This document shows, piece after piece, positions 38,805-52,894 of a DNA stretch of 64,000 nucleotides (positions within the stretch are counted from its first letter, which is position 1; each line of letters opens with the position of its first letter). The notes beneath the pieces were generated by a model. The model saw only the letters and a program-made list of their open reading frames with translations, ran no database searches and was not told the origin of the DNA. The translations under genes were made by a program, and so were the position numbers. This stretch comes from Euprymna scolopes (Eukaryota): NCBI GenBank assembly GCA_053919585.1, contig CM132796.1; one strand, written 5' to 3'.

Positions 38805-39070
38805 ACAATAAGAATAGAAAATGAAGTAAAACGGTTCATTGATTCAATAAGGGTATAATACAAACGTTTATTTGGAGGATGGACGGGACTCTTTATACCA
38901 AGGCATTTCGAATCCTAATGCTTCTCATAAGAAGAGTAGTTTTTGTGACTTCATTTTCCATTCTTATTGTTTTCCTATATAAGCTCCAATGAAACTTGTT
39001 GAGTTTTATATTATCCCGATAAGTTTCCTCTTATAGAATTGATTTTACTCTCTTCTTCTAACTCACTAAG
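38797..39070 (+). repeat. Degenerate mini fold-back element
   Basis: aaaacaataagaatagaaaatgaagt (38802-38827) is inverted at 38949-38974. Hammerhead-like CTTATGA..GAAA on the minus strand at ~38900-38934. Microsatellites on both sides. Confidence 0.5.
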
Positions 39071-39072
39071 CT

Positions 39073-39116
<44 letters not shown>

Positions 39117-39187
39117 ATATATATATATAGTCTTTGAAGTTTTTAACCTTCAAACTATACAAAAAAATATATTTTTATCATTCGTTA

Positions 39188-39217
<30 letters not shown>

Positions 39218-39223
<6 letters not shown>

Positions 39224-39410
39224 GTTTATTATACAAACATTATTGATTACATATGCGCATACATGTTTCAGAGGAATCCTCATGCACATATGTAGTTAAT
39301 AATATTGTATAATAAACAGGCTATATAGCAAGTTTGTCCTCCATTGAGCACTCTGTAATAATCACACAGGTTTCATTAGATTTACCTCTACGACATCAAT
39401 CTACATAACC

Positions 39411-39415
<5 letters not shown>
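39218..39415 (+). repeat. Mini fold-back related to the Naiad pseudo-LTR
   Basis: Arms ~39218-39260 / 39282-39323 resemble 23210-23255. Tail has CATTGAGCACT...gtttcatt, like the reverse complement of 23113-23196. Confidence 0.7.
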
Positions 39416-39468
<53 letters not shown>

Positions 39469-39472
<4 letters not shown>

Positions 39473-40792
39473 GTGTCCGTAAAGTTACTATACAGTCTTA
39501 CAAGTTACTATACAGACACCCTGTAATATATTAACAGCACAGTAAGATATTGTATTAAAATATTTATTTGTAACAAAAGAAATAAAAAGAAATAACACGT
39601 TTATGTTTATAAAAATCTCAGAAAATACACGTGTTACATCCGAAAAGACTGTAACAATCAAGGCAAACAATTTCTATGACAAATATTCAAATTGGAGGCT
39701 TTCAGCTCCAATACATTCTCGACAACGTGACACCACACTCTGACAAACTTTGGCGCACAAGTCACGATCAAGGTTGGCAAATGCATCAATAACAAATTGT
39801 CGAAGATCTTCAACACTTCTTGGCTTTCTCGAATACACAGTCTTTGATGACTCCCCAGACAAAGAAGTCCATTGGCGTTATGTCTGGAGATCGTGGAGGA
39901 AATTCAATGGGCCCTCGCCCGCCGATCCATTTATCAGGAAATGTCTCATCCAGTAAATTTCGAACAGCTGTAGCATAATCGGGTGGGGCTCCATCCTGTT
40001 GGAAGTACAAGTTATTGAAATCTGGTCGTTGTCTCAATGCCGGTACGATGAAATTTCTCAGTTCCGTCGAAGAACTGTGGACCCACAATTACATCAGACT
40101 ATATTCCTGCCCAGACAGTTATTCCAGGCTGGTTCAATTGGGACGTGATTGTAAAATGAGGATTTGTGTCACTCCAATAAACACAGTTGAGACGATTTAC
40201 GTGTCCCGAAAGTTTAAATGTGGCTTCATCAGTCCACACAATCTCGTTCAAGAAAGTGGGATTATCCTCACACATCCTGACGATCTGTTCGCAAAACTGA
40301 GACCTGCGATCAGGATCATCCTCAAGAAGTCCGTGAATTAGGCGCGGAATGTATGGTCTCATGTGTAGTTTCGTAAGTATTTTATGTAGAGAGGTTCGTT
40401 TGATACCAATTTCTGCACTAGCACGGCGAAGTGATTTCTTTGGGCTTCTGCCATATGCCTCAGCAACTGTAGCCAAATTTTGTTCAGTGCACACACTTTG
40501 CCGACCAGAACGCGGAGCATCGGCAATTGAGCCAGTATCATCAAATTTGTCTCGAAATTTATAAATAGCCAAACGTGTTGGAGGATCTGTATTAAAATAA
40601 TGATTCCAATCACGAATTACATCCTGTGCGTTTTCTGTTTTCCAATATCGCTTCAAAATAAATTTGCGCTCTTCCAAAGTTTGCTTGCGTGGCATGCTTG
40701 ATTAAATAGACCTGTAAAAAAAATATTAACTATTAATATAAATATAATACAATAAAACAATAAGACTGTATAGTAACTTTACGGACACCCTG
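39469..40792 (-). mobile_element. Full-length inactive Tc1/mariner element, DD41D (rosa/Visitor-type) transposase pseudogene 40695..39674
   Basis: 32-bp TIRs cagRgtgtccgtaaagttactatacagtctta with TA flanks. Motifs WTDEATF, QQDGAPP, PPRSPDITPMDFFVWG with 41 residues between the last two Asp. Stop/deletion near 40099-40060 and frameshift near 39840. Confidence 0.92.
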
Positions 40793-43529
40793 TATATTAG
40801 CAGTTGGCTCGGTCGTAAAATATGCATAAATATATCTTTTTATTAATGCAAATTTTATATTTACTATTATAGAACTAATTCTCTATTGATAATTATCTAA
40901 TATATAGTAATGATTTCAAAAGTAGTTAAAACGAAGACGACCTGTGTACCATTCCCTAGAATCGAAATCAGGACGTTTAGTAGTACAGGTTTAGTCCTTA
41001 GTTAACTCTGCAGGGGCGTTGCTGTCTGAGCTATAGACAGACAGATAATAAACAGAGGAAAGTACGCGACTTTGAGCTATGAATTTTTAATTTTGGAATT
41101 CGCAAAAGAAACAGCAGGCGTACTGTTTTATTCGATTTACCCTGCAATAGTCAACTGTTTTTTAAGCATTTTAATTAATTGCAGATTTAAAAATAATAAT
41201 AATAAACAAACATTTATTTATTTATGAATCAAAGTATTTTTTTACGTAATGTCGTCTTTATCAGGATTAGACACAGTTTTTTTTTTTTGCTGGGGGGGGT
41301 CATGTTATTTATCCCTCATCGCATGATGCTACTTAGAAAAACAAGATCCGTTCGGTGTTTTCTTGTTAGCTTACTAAACTTAAATTTTGAATTTACAGTT
41401 AACAACGCTTTTCACGGAAAGAACAAACTCTTATATAATTCTTGCGCGCGACCAGGCGTATCTACTAACGTGGACGTCTGTAAATCACAGTTAATAACAC
41501 TGAACGAGTCTTGTTTTCCAAAGTGGCATCATGCCAGGAAGGATAAATAAGATGAAAAAAAACTGTGCCTATCCTAATAAAGACTAGTTTACGTCGGATA
41601 GTACTTTGATTTATAAACAAATAAATGTGTGTTTACTTTTTTTTAAAGTCTGCGTCGAATTGNNNNNNNNNNNNNNNNNNNNNNNNNNNNNNNNNNNNNN
41701 NNNNNNNNNNNNNNNNNNNNNNNNNNNNNNNNNNNNNNNNNNNNNNNNNNNNNNNNNNNNNNNNNNNNNNNNNNNNNNNNNNNNNNNNNNNNNNNNNNNN
41801 NNNGTTAACTTAGTCCATTACGATCGTTTCCAGCTCTACCAACATATTGAGCACTTTATCCTGTTATCCTGTTTTAACCACTTGTACCTCTGAGTTTATA
41901 TATATATATATTGCCATGTGCTATAACGTTTTCCTCTTAAATTTTATGCAATTATGCAGAATGTAGAAACTATGCATAAATATAATTCAACCTAATAGTG
42001 AAATAAGACTAATCATCTAATAAGAAACCATAAAAATGAATAAGTAATTAAGTAACGCTTTTTGCAAAAGAATATGCAAATTAGTTCAACTTTGTATAGT
42101 CGCTCACATATCCATGAGTGAGTATATTAAACAGTTCGTTTTAATGATTTTTAAATGAAGCGTAGGCTTTTAATATCAATGTCAGAGTGATAAAAAGTTA
42201 ACTTTCTAGGCATATAGATGGCTATAAGTAAGTTCAAAAGTAAAACCACATATTTTTATCTAAAAAACTAAAACGCTGAAGATCTATGGAGACGGGAATG
42301 GCACCATTAAAACAAACGACCTGTTGTGTTCTGAAATTTATTTTCTGCATAGTCACCGCCATTATTATTTTCCAAGCTCTTTTGATGCCTCGGCCGTAAA
42401 AGTTCCGCGTGCGCTTTATCACTTACATCTCTGTCGCCACTCTGAAATCGACGAACCTATCTTCCAACTGTGCTGAAATCAACTGCATTCAGTTTGTAAA
42501 CGTTTAACGGTTCAATTGTTTCTGTATGGAGGAATTTAATGACGCATCTCTTCTTCTGACGCATTTGGATGACAGGGGTTGCTTTCTTAAAATTTCACAC
42601 CATCAATATCTGCAACAGAGAGGTGAAACTTTCAGGTTATGAATGTATAAATTAATTCACCATAACNNNNNNNNNNNNNNNNNNNNNNNNNNNNNNNNNN
42701 NNNNNNNNNNNNNNNNNNNNNNNNNNNNNNNNNNNNNNNNNNNNNNNNNNNNNNNNNNNNNNNNNNNNNNNNNNNNNNNNNNNNNNNNNNNNNNNNNNNN
42801 NNNNNNNNNNNNNAGTGAGCCATTCGTATAAAATAAAAAGTAGGAGACATTACTTTTGGAACATCTGTAGTATATTATGTACTAAGGAGTCACTGCTTAT
42901 CGAGGCGTAAAGTGTTTGTTAGGTTGACGATAAGATAACACCGCGAGGGTTTGTAAGTATTGTTCGAACTAGGCAAAATTTGATAATGTAAAACAGATAA
43001 AAGAATATTGTTAAAATTGGATTGAAAATGACCACGTTCTAATAAGCTGGGAAGAAAGCAGTCTTGTGTTATATGTTCCACAGACAGTTAGTATTTAGAA
43101 AGAAATTTTGCTTGTGGAATTTCCGTTTCTTTCTGGGTAAACAGAGGACAAAATGTGAATTAATTACAGTGATTGTAGCTAGATGACTTTTTGTTGTGAC
43201 TGTTTTACACGTGGAACCGTCGATTGAAGCTCGTGATAGAGTAGGGTAAAACTAGCAACCTATTTTTATGTGAAAAAAAAAGATGTAGAGTAAAAAAGAA
43301 GACATCCCCTACTTCCCAAGTGTGGCAACACAACTCCATCTTAAAAGATAATTAACTGTTATGGAATTGCGTAACATTTGAGATACTTTCTAAAGTGGTA
43401 GAATTATACAACCATTTTTCCAACAATCTTAGAAACAGATTTTATGTAAGTTTTCCACTGCAGGTTAGGTCAGTTCTAGGCGGTTATCAAAGAAAAGGAC
43501 TTCCTCAAGGAGAACTATGTATTTCACTT

Positions 43530-44010
43530 GTGGCAAAACGATAACCTTGGTTTATAAAGTTTTAAAAGTAATCAATCACTTTTCGCCGTTTTACAACGTG
43601 TTTCATATCGAAAAAGTGAGTGTAAGAATCAGAAAAGATCTGTCATCAATGGTTGTGTCATCTGCATAAATGTTAGCGAATGACCTTAAATGTGATTTTG
43701 GAGATGATAGATCAGGAACTGTGTTGAACCCAACATGGATACTTGAGACAGGTCAGTGTTGATACTGTGTTTTAGACTTCTACTCATGAACGATTACGTT
43801 TATAAACCTATTACAAAAGAGGTGATGGGTGAGAAAACATTTCCAGATATTCTGTAACCTGCAAGCTTGTGAAGAAAACCTTTGTACCAATTTTTGTCAA
43901 AGATCTTTGACATGTCCAGAGCTATTATTCAAGAAACGAAGCACCTGTCAATAGATTCACTGACCTTGTGTGATATTACAATCAGCACATCAACTTCTTC
44001 ATTTATTACA
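43530..44010 (-). mobile_element. Decayed CR1-like LINE RT fragment
   Basis: Minus strand reads ALDMSKIFDKNWYKGFLHKL and NIYADDT. Confidence 0.7.
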
Positions 44011-45667
44011 GATTCAAACAATTTAGCCATCACGCGCACGAAACTGATCAGCTTGTACAAACTCATTATGTTTCACAATAACCAGGTGAACTCTTAGCAT
44101 CATCCTGTCGACCAAGGAAGTGTCATGTCTCTTGGCAAATATGGTTTGATCCTCACAGACTTTACATTTTTCTTCGTCTAGTTTGACCGTTGTCTGTTTC
44201 TGAGGTTCCCCTACCGGACAATATCGACGTGTTTGTTCACGGCTATTTTTGTATTCTTACAGAGAACCCCTTCAGGAGAGCAGTGTTTTTTTTTTGTTTT
44301 GTTTTTTTGTTTTTGTTTTTTTTTTTTTCATATTTAACTGACCTTGTGTCATATCTTGCTATCATGAGAGACACATAAATAAAGGGCTTTTTCGGCTCTT
44401 CTGTCGTACCAACAGAATAATTCTTGGCATATCCTGATTCTATGATCGTGTTAGCGAGGTTTCCGATTCGTTTGCTTATATATTGAATGGATGGTTTCGT
44501 CCTAGAAAATTATACTCTCATGTAATATCTCCTCCTTTTGCTGTACAGTTAGTTTACCGCCGGTTGTCTCTTTCCTGATTCAAACGATTTAACACGAGCT
44601 CAAAGGAGAATCCAATAGGTCACATTCTGTGATTAATAGTAACATATCTATCATGACAATCTTGCTCTAATTACGTCCGTGGGAGTTTTACCGTAATAGT
44701 TTCGATGGTAACCTTCCTTCCTTCCTTCCTTTAATTAGCATTTAGGATTAACTTGGTTTAAACTATTATTCTATCCTGTATTGTTACACCCATTAATGAG
44801 GTCGTTATATTTCCATTCGAATTTTTCATTATGTTTGTGTAGTCCGTGGTTTTCACGTCGCTTGACTAATCGTCACCAAACTTGTTTAACAGAGAACTAA
44901 TTTTAATTTTAAGATATGCATATCAAATTAAAGGTGAGATAAATAAAAAAAATCACACTTTTGACAACAATTTTGGTTATGTTCATCGAAGAGACTCGCT
45001 AGTTGGCCAATATTGTAGTTAATGACGCCCTGTATTTTATATGACAGTGACATTAATATTGGAAACTTCTGTTATAGTTTGAATCCTTACGCAATTTTAA
45101 CTTTTGATTCACCCAAATGAATTATATATGGATTTCAATGCAAAACTTCAGCCTGATAAGATACAAGTTTTTTAAGCTATCAAGGTTTCAATAACTTTGG
45201 GAATACTTTATAGAATATGGAGGAGTAAGATTCGATGAAACTTAGTCTGATCCTTACATGTGAAGAAAGACGCATACAGTTAAACGATCTGACTGGTCTT
45301 TTGGTGCATTGTAGTTATTGTAACAAGATGGACCTCAGACTAGCCCAAAAATCAGCTGAGCGTATACTATTACTATCATGTCCAAAAAAATTGTCTGTTT
45401 TCGACTGCGAAATAGAAATACGTCGTTTCCGACTCCCACCGTACTGATTTTATGTTGGTACAATGAATAAAGCACAACCAAAATCGATTTCTCCGTTCAG
45501 TCTCAAAAGACAAAGGAAACTCCTTGTAGAGGCAGATGCGCGTATAATTATGAGGCAAGGGTTGCGCAATCCCAACCATACCTCTCCTGAATCGGCACTG
45601 TTTGAGTCCAGTGGTAAGGAGATATCCAGGACGACTGAAAACAATGCCGAAACAAGCTGAGAGCAAA

Positions 45668-45780
45668 TACACAACCTCGAAGTCTCAAATGGTCACCCAT
45701 TTATGACTGACCAAGTTCAACGTTGCTTAACTTTGGTGATCCAGCGGGAACCGGTTTGTCAACGTGACTATGCCGTAGAC
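45668..45780 (-). pseudogene. 5S rRNA pseudogene / SINE3-like head
   Basis: Reverse complement gtctacggcatagtcacgttgacaaaccggttccc...gatcaccaaagttaagcaacg...atgggtgacc follows metazoan 5S rRNA. Confidence 0.75.
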
Positions 45781-47722
45781 AACCAAAATAATACAAAAAT
45801 ATCTTTAGATGATTCCTTCTATTTTGTTAGACCAGTAACAATTTTGGAATACCGAGCACTGTCTGTAAAATACAGATTTAATGCCTTTGTAAGTCGATGG
45901 CCAGTACTAATCTTCACGTATTCGAACATAAGACAGTCCTTCGTTGTTCATTGTAGCTTGCGCCAACCAGACACTGGCTGATGATGATATGCCGAATTTT
46001 AATTTTTTGTTGGCTTAAAAATATCATTTTGGTACCTCATTAGATTTGGAAATTGCGTCGTTTTGGAAATGAAACAAAAAATGAAAACTGATTTATTTTA
46101 AAACAAATTACTTGAAAAGTATGTTTCTTTTTATCAGTTCGTTTCAACATCGCTGTAATTTTTTAAATTGGAGAAGCCGCGGAATTATGTTCTTGAAGCA
46201 GCGATAAATTGCTTCGCAAAACACTTTAATGTCGAAATTATGTTTTATGCTGTTGAAGACGAGTGCGAAGGCGCCAGGCTTTGCTGAGATTCGAATAAGT
46301 TCATATATACAATGATTTTTATTGTTTTTGTATTTCTCTGTTGTCGAAGTGCGCTCGGATCCTAGGTGTTTATGACTCCTCTCAAAGTAGACACACCCAA
46401 AGTTTGACTATTACAAAAACACTCTTAAAAAGCGTCAAAAATGAAGTATAGTTAACATAAAAAAGGAGGAAAGAAATATACAACAAATACCTATTATAAA
46501 CGATAGACATTTATATATTCTATCAACGTTCCAATATAAAACTGAAATTGATCCAGGCAAATTTATATCGACGCATGCGTGAAGTAAGACTAAATAAGAT
46601 ATAATGTTCGTAACGATAAGAAAAGGCGTCCTGACCGACAACTGTAACGAATAGTTTTCTTAAATAATTTTACTTGGATTACATCTATAATATAAATATC
46701 AACTGTCTGTTTAAATGTATGTATGTATGTATATATGTATGTATTATGTATGCGAATGAACTCTTTTTCTGGGTCAACGGCCAACAAGCACCGTGTATAT
46801 TTGTGTGTGTGTGTGTGTGTATATGTGTATTGGGGTGGAGAGGGCTCCCGTAAGCCGTGGTGAAGGCAACCTTTCTATGAGAAGCAAATCTCTGATTTAA
46901 AAAACCATAAAGCGGGAGACCAGTATCCGCATTAAGCTGGTCTGCAGTTTAATTTGTTGCTGACTGTCTTGCTCTTGCTTGTTGCTGGATCTCAACATTT
47001 TGAACCAAGAGAGAGACTTAGCTGTCGTACAAAGCTAAGACTCTGTAACATCATCTTTGTATAGATACTCCCTCAGGCATTTGGGCTCATGGATTTTAAA
47101 TGTCTGAGGGAGTGGCACTCGTCTGACAAGACGTTGCAATCATCATTATGCATGTATGTATGCCTAAAACTTTCGACAGAGGCGACGGATTTTCACAAGA
47201 TTGATATCGTTTTGAAGCGCGAACATTCGGACGACGAATATCCAAAAATTGGCTAAAAAAAATTAATTCCTTCACCCTCAACTGAGCACTTTTCTACGCG
47301 AAGGGGTCGCTTTTTTCGCCGATATTTTCGAAATTCGTCCCCTTCTTTTCGATTGACAAGCCTCAATTTAAGCATTCATCACTTCCGGTTTGGCAATGGG
47401 CAACAGCAAAAAACGTCACATTTTTTCACGTTTTTTTTTTTCGTCCTTCGCGGTACGGGTTCGAGCCTCCCTGCCAACTATCACTTTTTTTTCTCAACAC
47501 CCACCTCCAAACACCCGAGCAATGCCGGGTACCAACGCTAATCTTACATAAAGTTCTATCCTTTCGATTGATAACTGCTGAATGCGAACGCAATCATTGG
47601 GTATCCGTTGGGCAATGAGACTCAAAAGTCTATCTCGTTAAGTTGGCAATGTTATTAAATAGCTATCATGTTTTTCACTACGAACTTAGAATAAATCCAA
47701 TAACGAACGAAAATGCTACATA

Positions 47723-48633
47723 CAAGGTGCCTTCAATAAGTTTCCAGACTTTTCTTGTACAAATGTTTAAAATTGTCGTAAACTCCTGAAAATTTAATAT
47801 GCTGTTGTTATTAATCTTATAAGACAACTGGCGAATTTGGGGGATTCAGGCTCAAAGGAACAGCTACAGCAGGAATTAGGAATTGGAATACACCCTACTA
47901 AATCCTGATTGTCACAGCTGGTGAATTTCAAAAATGCAAACTGGACGTAACAATACTTTAGAAGAACAATATGCAATAACATTCTGCTTTAAACTTGGAA
48001 AAAATCCCACAGAAACGTATCGAATGCTTCAGACTGCTTTTAGACCATCTTGCGTGAATCGAGCATCAATTTTGAGTGGATTAAGAATCAAGGAAAACAG
48101 GGAGTCTCTGAAGGATGATGAGGAGTGTGGGAGGAGTAAGGAAGTTGGAACACTAGAGTTGATTGGTCAAATAAAGAATTCCGTTATTAAGAACAGTCGT
48201 GTGTCTATAGAGACAATAAGTGCCCTGTTTGATGTTAATATGGGAACTGTATACACAATTATTCGCGAGGAACTGAATATGCGGAAGATTTGTGCGTGGT
48301 TTGTCCCATCCTTGTAACAGAGTATTTGACCAAGATTGGCATAAAGACAGTTCCTCGCCCTTCTTATAGTCCAAACCTTGCTCCCTGTCACGTTTGTTTA
48401 TTCCCTATGCTATAGGAAAACCTTAGAGGCTGTCGTTATGCGTCAATTGAGGAGATGAAAGAGACTGTGACGAGAGTCATTTACACTCTCACACAAGAGG
48501 ACTTCTATGGGACCTTCCAGAAGTTATTAGAACGGTACAAGTGCATTGCAGCCGGAGGAGATTATTTCGAAAGGGCCTAGAATTTCATGTGTGCACTATC
48601 AATAAAAGTTTAAAAACTTATTTAAGGCACCTG
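47723..48633 (+). mobile_element. Internally deleted mariner element
   Basis: ~21-bp TIRs caaggtgccttcaataagttt / aaacttatttaaggcacctg. ORF 47934-48317 has the mariner N-terminus (FCFKLGK..TET; RKICAWFVP). C-terminal CIAAGGDYFE at ~48540-48570. Confidence 0.85.
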
Positions 48634-48699
48634 TTATTTTTTATTGAAATCATTCCAAATAAGCTCTGCAGTTACATGATGTAAAGAACTAAAAAGGAC

Positions 48700-49230
48700 G
48701 AAATATGATGATGATGGCAAAGAATCAGAAATACCTGTTGACTTTAGTTTTGAAAAGATGAAAGCTTTAGGTAGGAGGAAAACAGTCAGCAGGAGGAGAA
48801 TTCCATAAACAAGTGGATTTGGGGAAAGAAGCTATTGGAGCAAGAAGTTGTATTAAAAGGATGTATAAAAGGAGCGAATTGGTGAAGACTACAAGAAAAC
48901 GAATCAAATGAACTGGAACAAAAAGCAGGAAATAAATCAGACAATTCTGAAACAATACACTCGATATAAGTAGTTACAGAAAAGAGTGAGACTAGCAACA
49001 TTACGTCTGTGAGAGAAAAAGTGCAGAGAATAACAAAGTGTGTTGCTAGCTAAATCATAGATCCACTTCTGAACTGTGTACAGAACCCTCAAATGAGGCA
49101 TAGATTCACCAACCCTTATATGACAACAGTATTCCATACAATGTGTAATAGTAAATTGGTAGAGATAGAGAATCGGCTCAGGTTTGAGAAATACTTTGGT
49201 GCGACAGTATTTAATGGTTAAGATGCTATT
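48700..49230 (-). mobile_element. CR1-like LINE 3' fragment
   Basis: MEYCCHI, SHRRNVASL, LWNS.PADCFP pieces. Confidence 0.7.
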
Positions 49231-49504
49231 AATGTGGAGTTTGAAAAAGGAAATGAAAAGCGTGGAAATAGAAAGAGAGGAAAAAGGGAGATTGTCTTAC
49301 ATTATTCGCCCTTGCTTGGTGGGGCCTTTTTTGTAAAACCCCGGATCATTTTTTTTTTTTGTCTTTCTAAATAAAACAACGAGTGGTCTTTGAGCTTGAT
49401 GAGAAGTGACACTTTGTAAAAAAAATAAGATTTTTAAGCATATTGTTATTCTATAACAACCAATGGAGAAGTTTTCATAAGTTATTAGTAGTTTTGATTT
49501 CACC

Positions 49505-49560
<56 letters not shown>

Positions 49561-49727
49561 ATATAAATATACAAGTTAGAAAAGCATTTCATCCAAGGTA
49601 TGAAAATTGTTAAACAAAATGCTTTTTATTATAGGCTTTAAAAATAAAGGTACAATATTCAATTTGAAATTTAATAATCTTCAAAGTGCACTTTTATAAA
49701 TTTTACAAAGTAAGATATAAAAATAGG

Positions 49728-49783
<56 letters not shown>

Positions 49784-49824
49784 CCTATGTATGATCAATA
49801 TTCTATATAGAACTACATATTTGT

Positions 49825-50055
49825 GTTTGTATGTACATCATCACCTTACACGCACATTTATTTTTGGACGTACATTATCACCTATCAGAGACAATTCTGA
49901 TTGTACGTACGCTATCATCTATCAGACACATTACAGTTCATACGTACGTTATCACCTTTCATAGAATTAAGTTTTGTACGTACGTTATCACTTTTTTTAA
50001 ACACAGTTATGTTTATATGTACATTATCACCTTTCACATATTTATATTCGTACGA
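49825..50055. repeat. Degenerate ~37-bp minisatellite
   Basis: Recurring gtacgtacRttatcacct about six times. Confidence 0.7.
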
Positions 50056-50184
50056 GGACTGAGGTTGAGACCTAAAAATATTTTTTGGGGGATATGTTAC
50101 TGAGGTCATGGTCGAAATGCTAACTCTGCCTAATGGTTACCAAATATCTTGATTAAAAAAATAACGAGGTTCACTCCGACGACG

Positions 50185-50220
<36 letters not shown>

Positions 50221-50277
50221 GTTTGATGTCCGTTTTACTTTCTTATGCGTTTTTTTTAATTGACTGCCAATCTAGTC

Positions 50278-50313
<36 letters not shown>

Positions 50314-50355
50314 CCTCTTTCTCTGACTGTCTCACACACAGACTCTCTCTCTCCT

Positions 50356-50388
<33 letters not shown>

Positions 50389-50724
50389 TTCTCTTTGGCC
50401 AGTTCAGTCTGTGGACTGGTTGGAAATGAGTAATCGCCTCTTTATTCATTAACAGATATACAAACGATGTCTGAAAAGTAGCTTCACGTTCCAAAGGATT
50501 AATAATGCCTTTGCCGACGAAAGGACAGAGGAAACTGCTAACCGAGATTCTGAATCAAAAGAAGGATATGACAAGTCTCAGAACTTCAGGGGCGCAGTCA
50601 ACCGGTGCATATGGTTTCATTATGCTAGAGGTTCCGTCACCTCTGAATATGAAACCATAGCTGACAATGGAGAGCATTATGAAAATCGCAGGAAACATGA
50701 CAAAGCTTACGTAAAGAAAGTTTT

Positions 50725-52560
50725 GTTTTTGTTTTTTTTACAAAGGGATCACCAGTGATCAAGGCCAAGAAGCCACTCGAGGATAAGGGTTAAAGAGTGT
50801 AAAGTAGACAATTGGACAATAAAGTAATCGTTAGTAACGGAAATTCGGTAAATTTGTTAACATATGGAACGGCTCATCAAACATTTGTTTACGTTAGACT
50901 TGAAGACAACCAGATTGTAGTCAGCTGGAAAGCAGGAAAATGAAAGACAATTCCAGAGACGTACAATTATAAGAAAGAAGCTTTGTTCATGGAATATACG
51001 TTTAGGTTTAGGCATAGATAAAGAGTGGAAAAATTATTGATAATGTTTTCTGCTAGACGAGTGTTTCTTGTGAAAGTTTGGAGAGGGGGACCATAGACTA
51101 GAGCTCAGTCGAGCACTTGCCATGAAAATAACGATAAAGCAGAGACAAACTCGCAATATCTCTTCTGTGAAAGGTTGCAGGGAAGAGAAAAGGACATCCT
51201 CTACGAAGCTACGAAGTTTATTTTGAATTCTATCAAGGCAGGATAAGTCCTTTCTAGCAGCTTCTGCCCAGATGTGGCAGCAGTACTCCATCCTTGGACG
51301 TACCTGGCTCTTATATAGGTAGAGAATTACATCATTAGTGAGATATCTACTGGATCGCTAGAAGGGTACCACCATTTTTCCAGCGGCCTTGGCAACGAAT
51401 TTAATGTATGTTCCATTTCAGATCAGGAGTTAAGGTCAAGCCCAGAAGCTTGTCAAAACATGAGGCCTCCCCAAGACGAGAGCCATTCATTTCAACTGAT
51501 GCCAGATGGGGATCAGAGCGTTGATGATTTAAAGATAAAAGCTTGTTTTTAGTTGCATTAAAAGTAACAGGCCACCTCTTTCCCCATTGTACCACTTCCT
51601 CAAGATCAGAGGAGAGGGAATCGGAGATAACTTGATCGTTACGGTCTTAGATGTGTTCTCATAGATAGTAGTGTCATCAGCATAAATGTCTACGAATGAT
51701 GTAAAGATGTGATTTGAAAGATCATTAATGTAGAGCAGGAAAAGTGTTGGGCCCAGGATGGACCCCTGAGGGACTCCAGCATTAATACTGTGAGCTTCTG
51801 ATTTCTGCCCATTAACCAATACGCTTATGAAACTATCAGAGAGAAATGCTTTAATAATTGAGAAGACATTTCCAGCTATACCGTAGCTGGAGATCTTGTG
51901 AAGTAAACCTTTATGCCATACACTATCAAAGGCTTTTGATATGTCAAGAGCAATTGGCATAGAAAAGTTGGCTCCGTTGAAAGATTCACTAATCCTACGA
52001 GATATAACTGTAAGCATATCTGCTGTACATCTAGCAGAACGGAAACTATATTGCGTGTCACTAAGAAGGTTATTTTTGTTGAGAAGTTGATTGCTTCTCT
52101 ATTTAACACAGATTCCAACAACTTATTCATGGCGCACAGGAGACTTATTGGCGTGTACTGAGAGGGAGATGAGCGAGCATCTGAATTCTTAAATAAAGAG
52201 CATACTGATGAGATTCTCCAGTGTGATGGGAAACACTTCTTAAGACAACGTTTAAACAGTTTTGTAAGTATTGGAGCTAGTTCTGGTGAAGTTTTTGGAA
52301 TACTATAATTGGAATACCATCAGGGCCGGTAGCTTTACTCGAATCAAGGTTTTTCATTAGCTTGACAACATTATGCACATATATTTTTATATCACATAGC
52401 GTGTTTTCTGATACAGGAGGACATATTGAGGGTTGCCGGCCTTGGTCACAAAGGGTGGAATTAGCTGCAAAGTTCTTGGCAAAGAGTTTGGCTTTGTCTG
52501 ATACTGACGAGATTACCCACATCCATTGATGATAGTTGGGATAGAGCACATGATTTATGT
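50725..52560 (-). mobile_element. CR1/Jockey-group LINE family 1, 5'-truncated copy
   Basis: ORF 51529-52017 has ALDISKAFDSVWH, GVPQGSILGPTLFLLYINDL, IYADDT. Neighbouring ORFs continue the protein. T-rich tail at ~50721-50738. Confidence 0.92.
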
Positions 52561-52561
52561 T

Positions 52562-52630
52562 AGCTTCCCTTGATTGACTAAGGACAAATTCACATATATG
52601 TAGTATCAGAACAGATACTACACTGTGATT
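52562..52630 (-). mobile_element. 5' fragment of the U2-headed SINE
   Basis: Reverse complement atcacagtgtagtatctgttctgatactaca...aatttgtccttagtcaatcaagggaagc, homologous to 14575-14630. Confidence 0.55.
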
Positions 52631-52894
52631 TTAAAGATATTTAGATATAATGCACGTGAAAGAGGCATCACTTTGGAAGCTAACAGAAACATCATAGGAA
52701 GATTGGTTGTGATAGACAAATATTAAAAAATGAAGTAGCTTCAGGTACTGTCCTATTCTTAACGTCCATTGTCAATCCCAGATTCACAATGACTACTAGT
52801 TCAGAACAACCGGATTTTCTCACATAAAACTTTGCTTAAAAATCCCAATTGAACACCACGATTATAGGTGACATATGCTATTTCATTCTTACAT

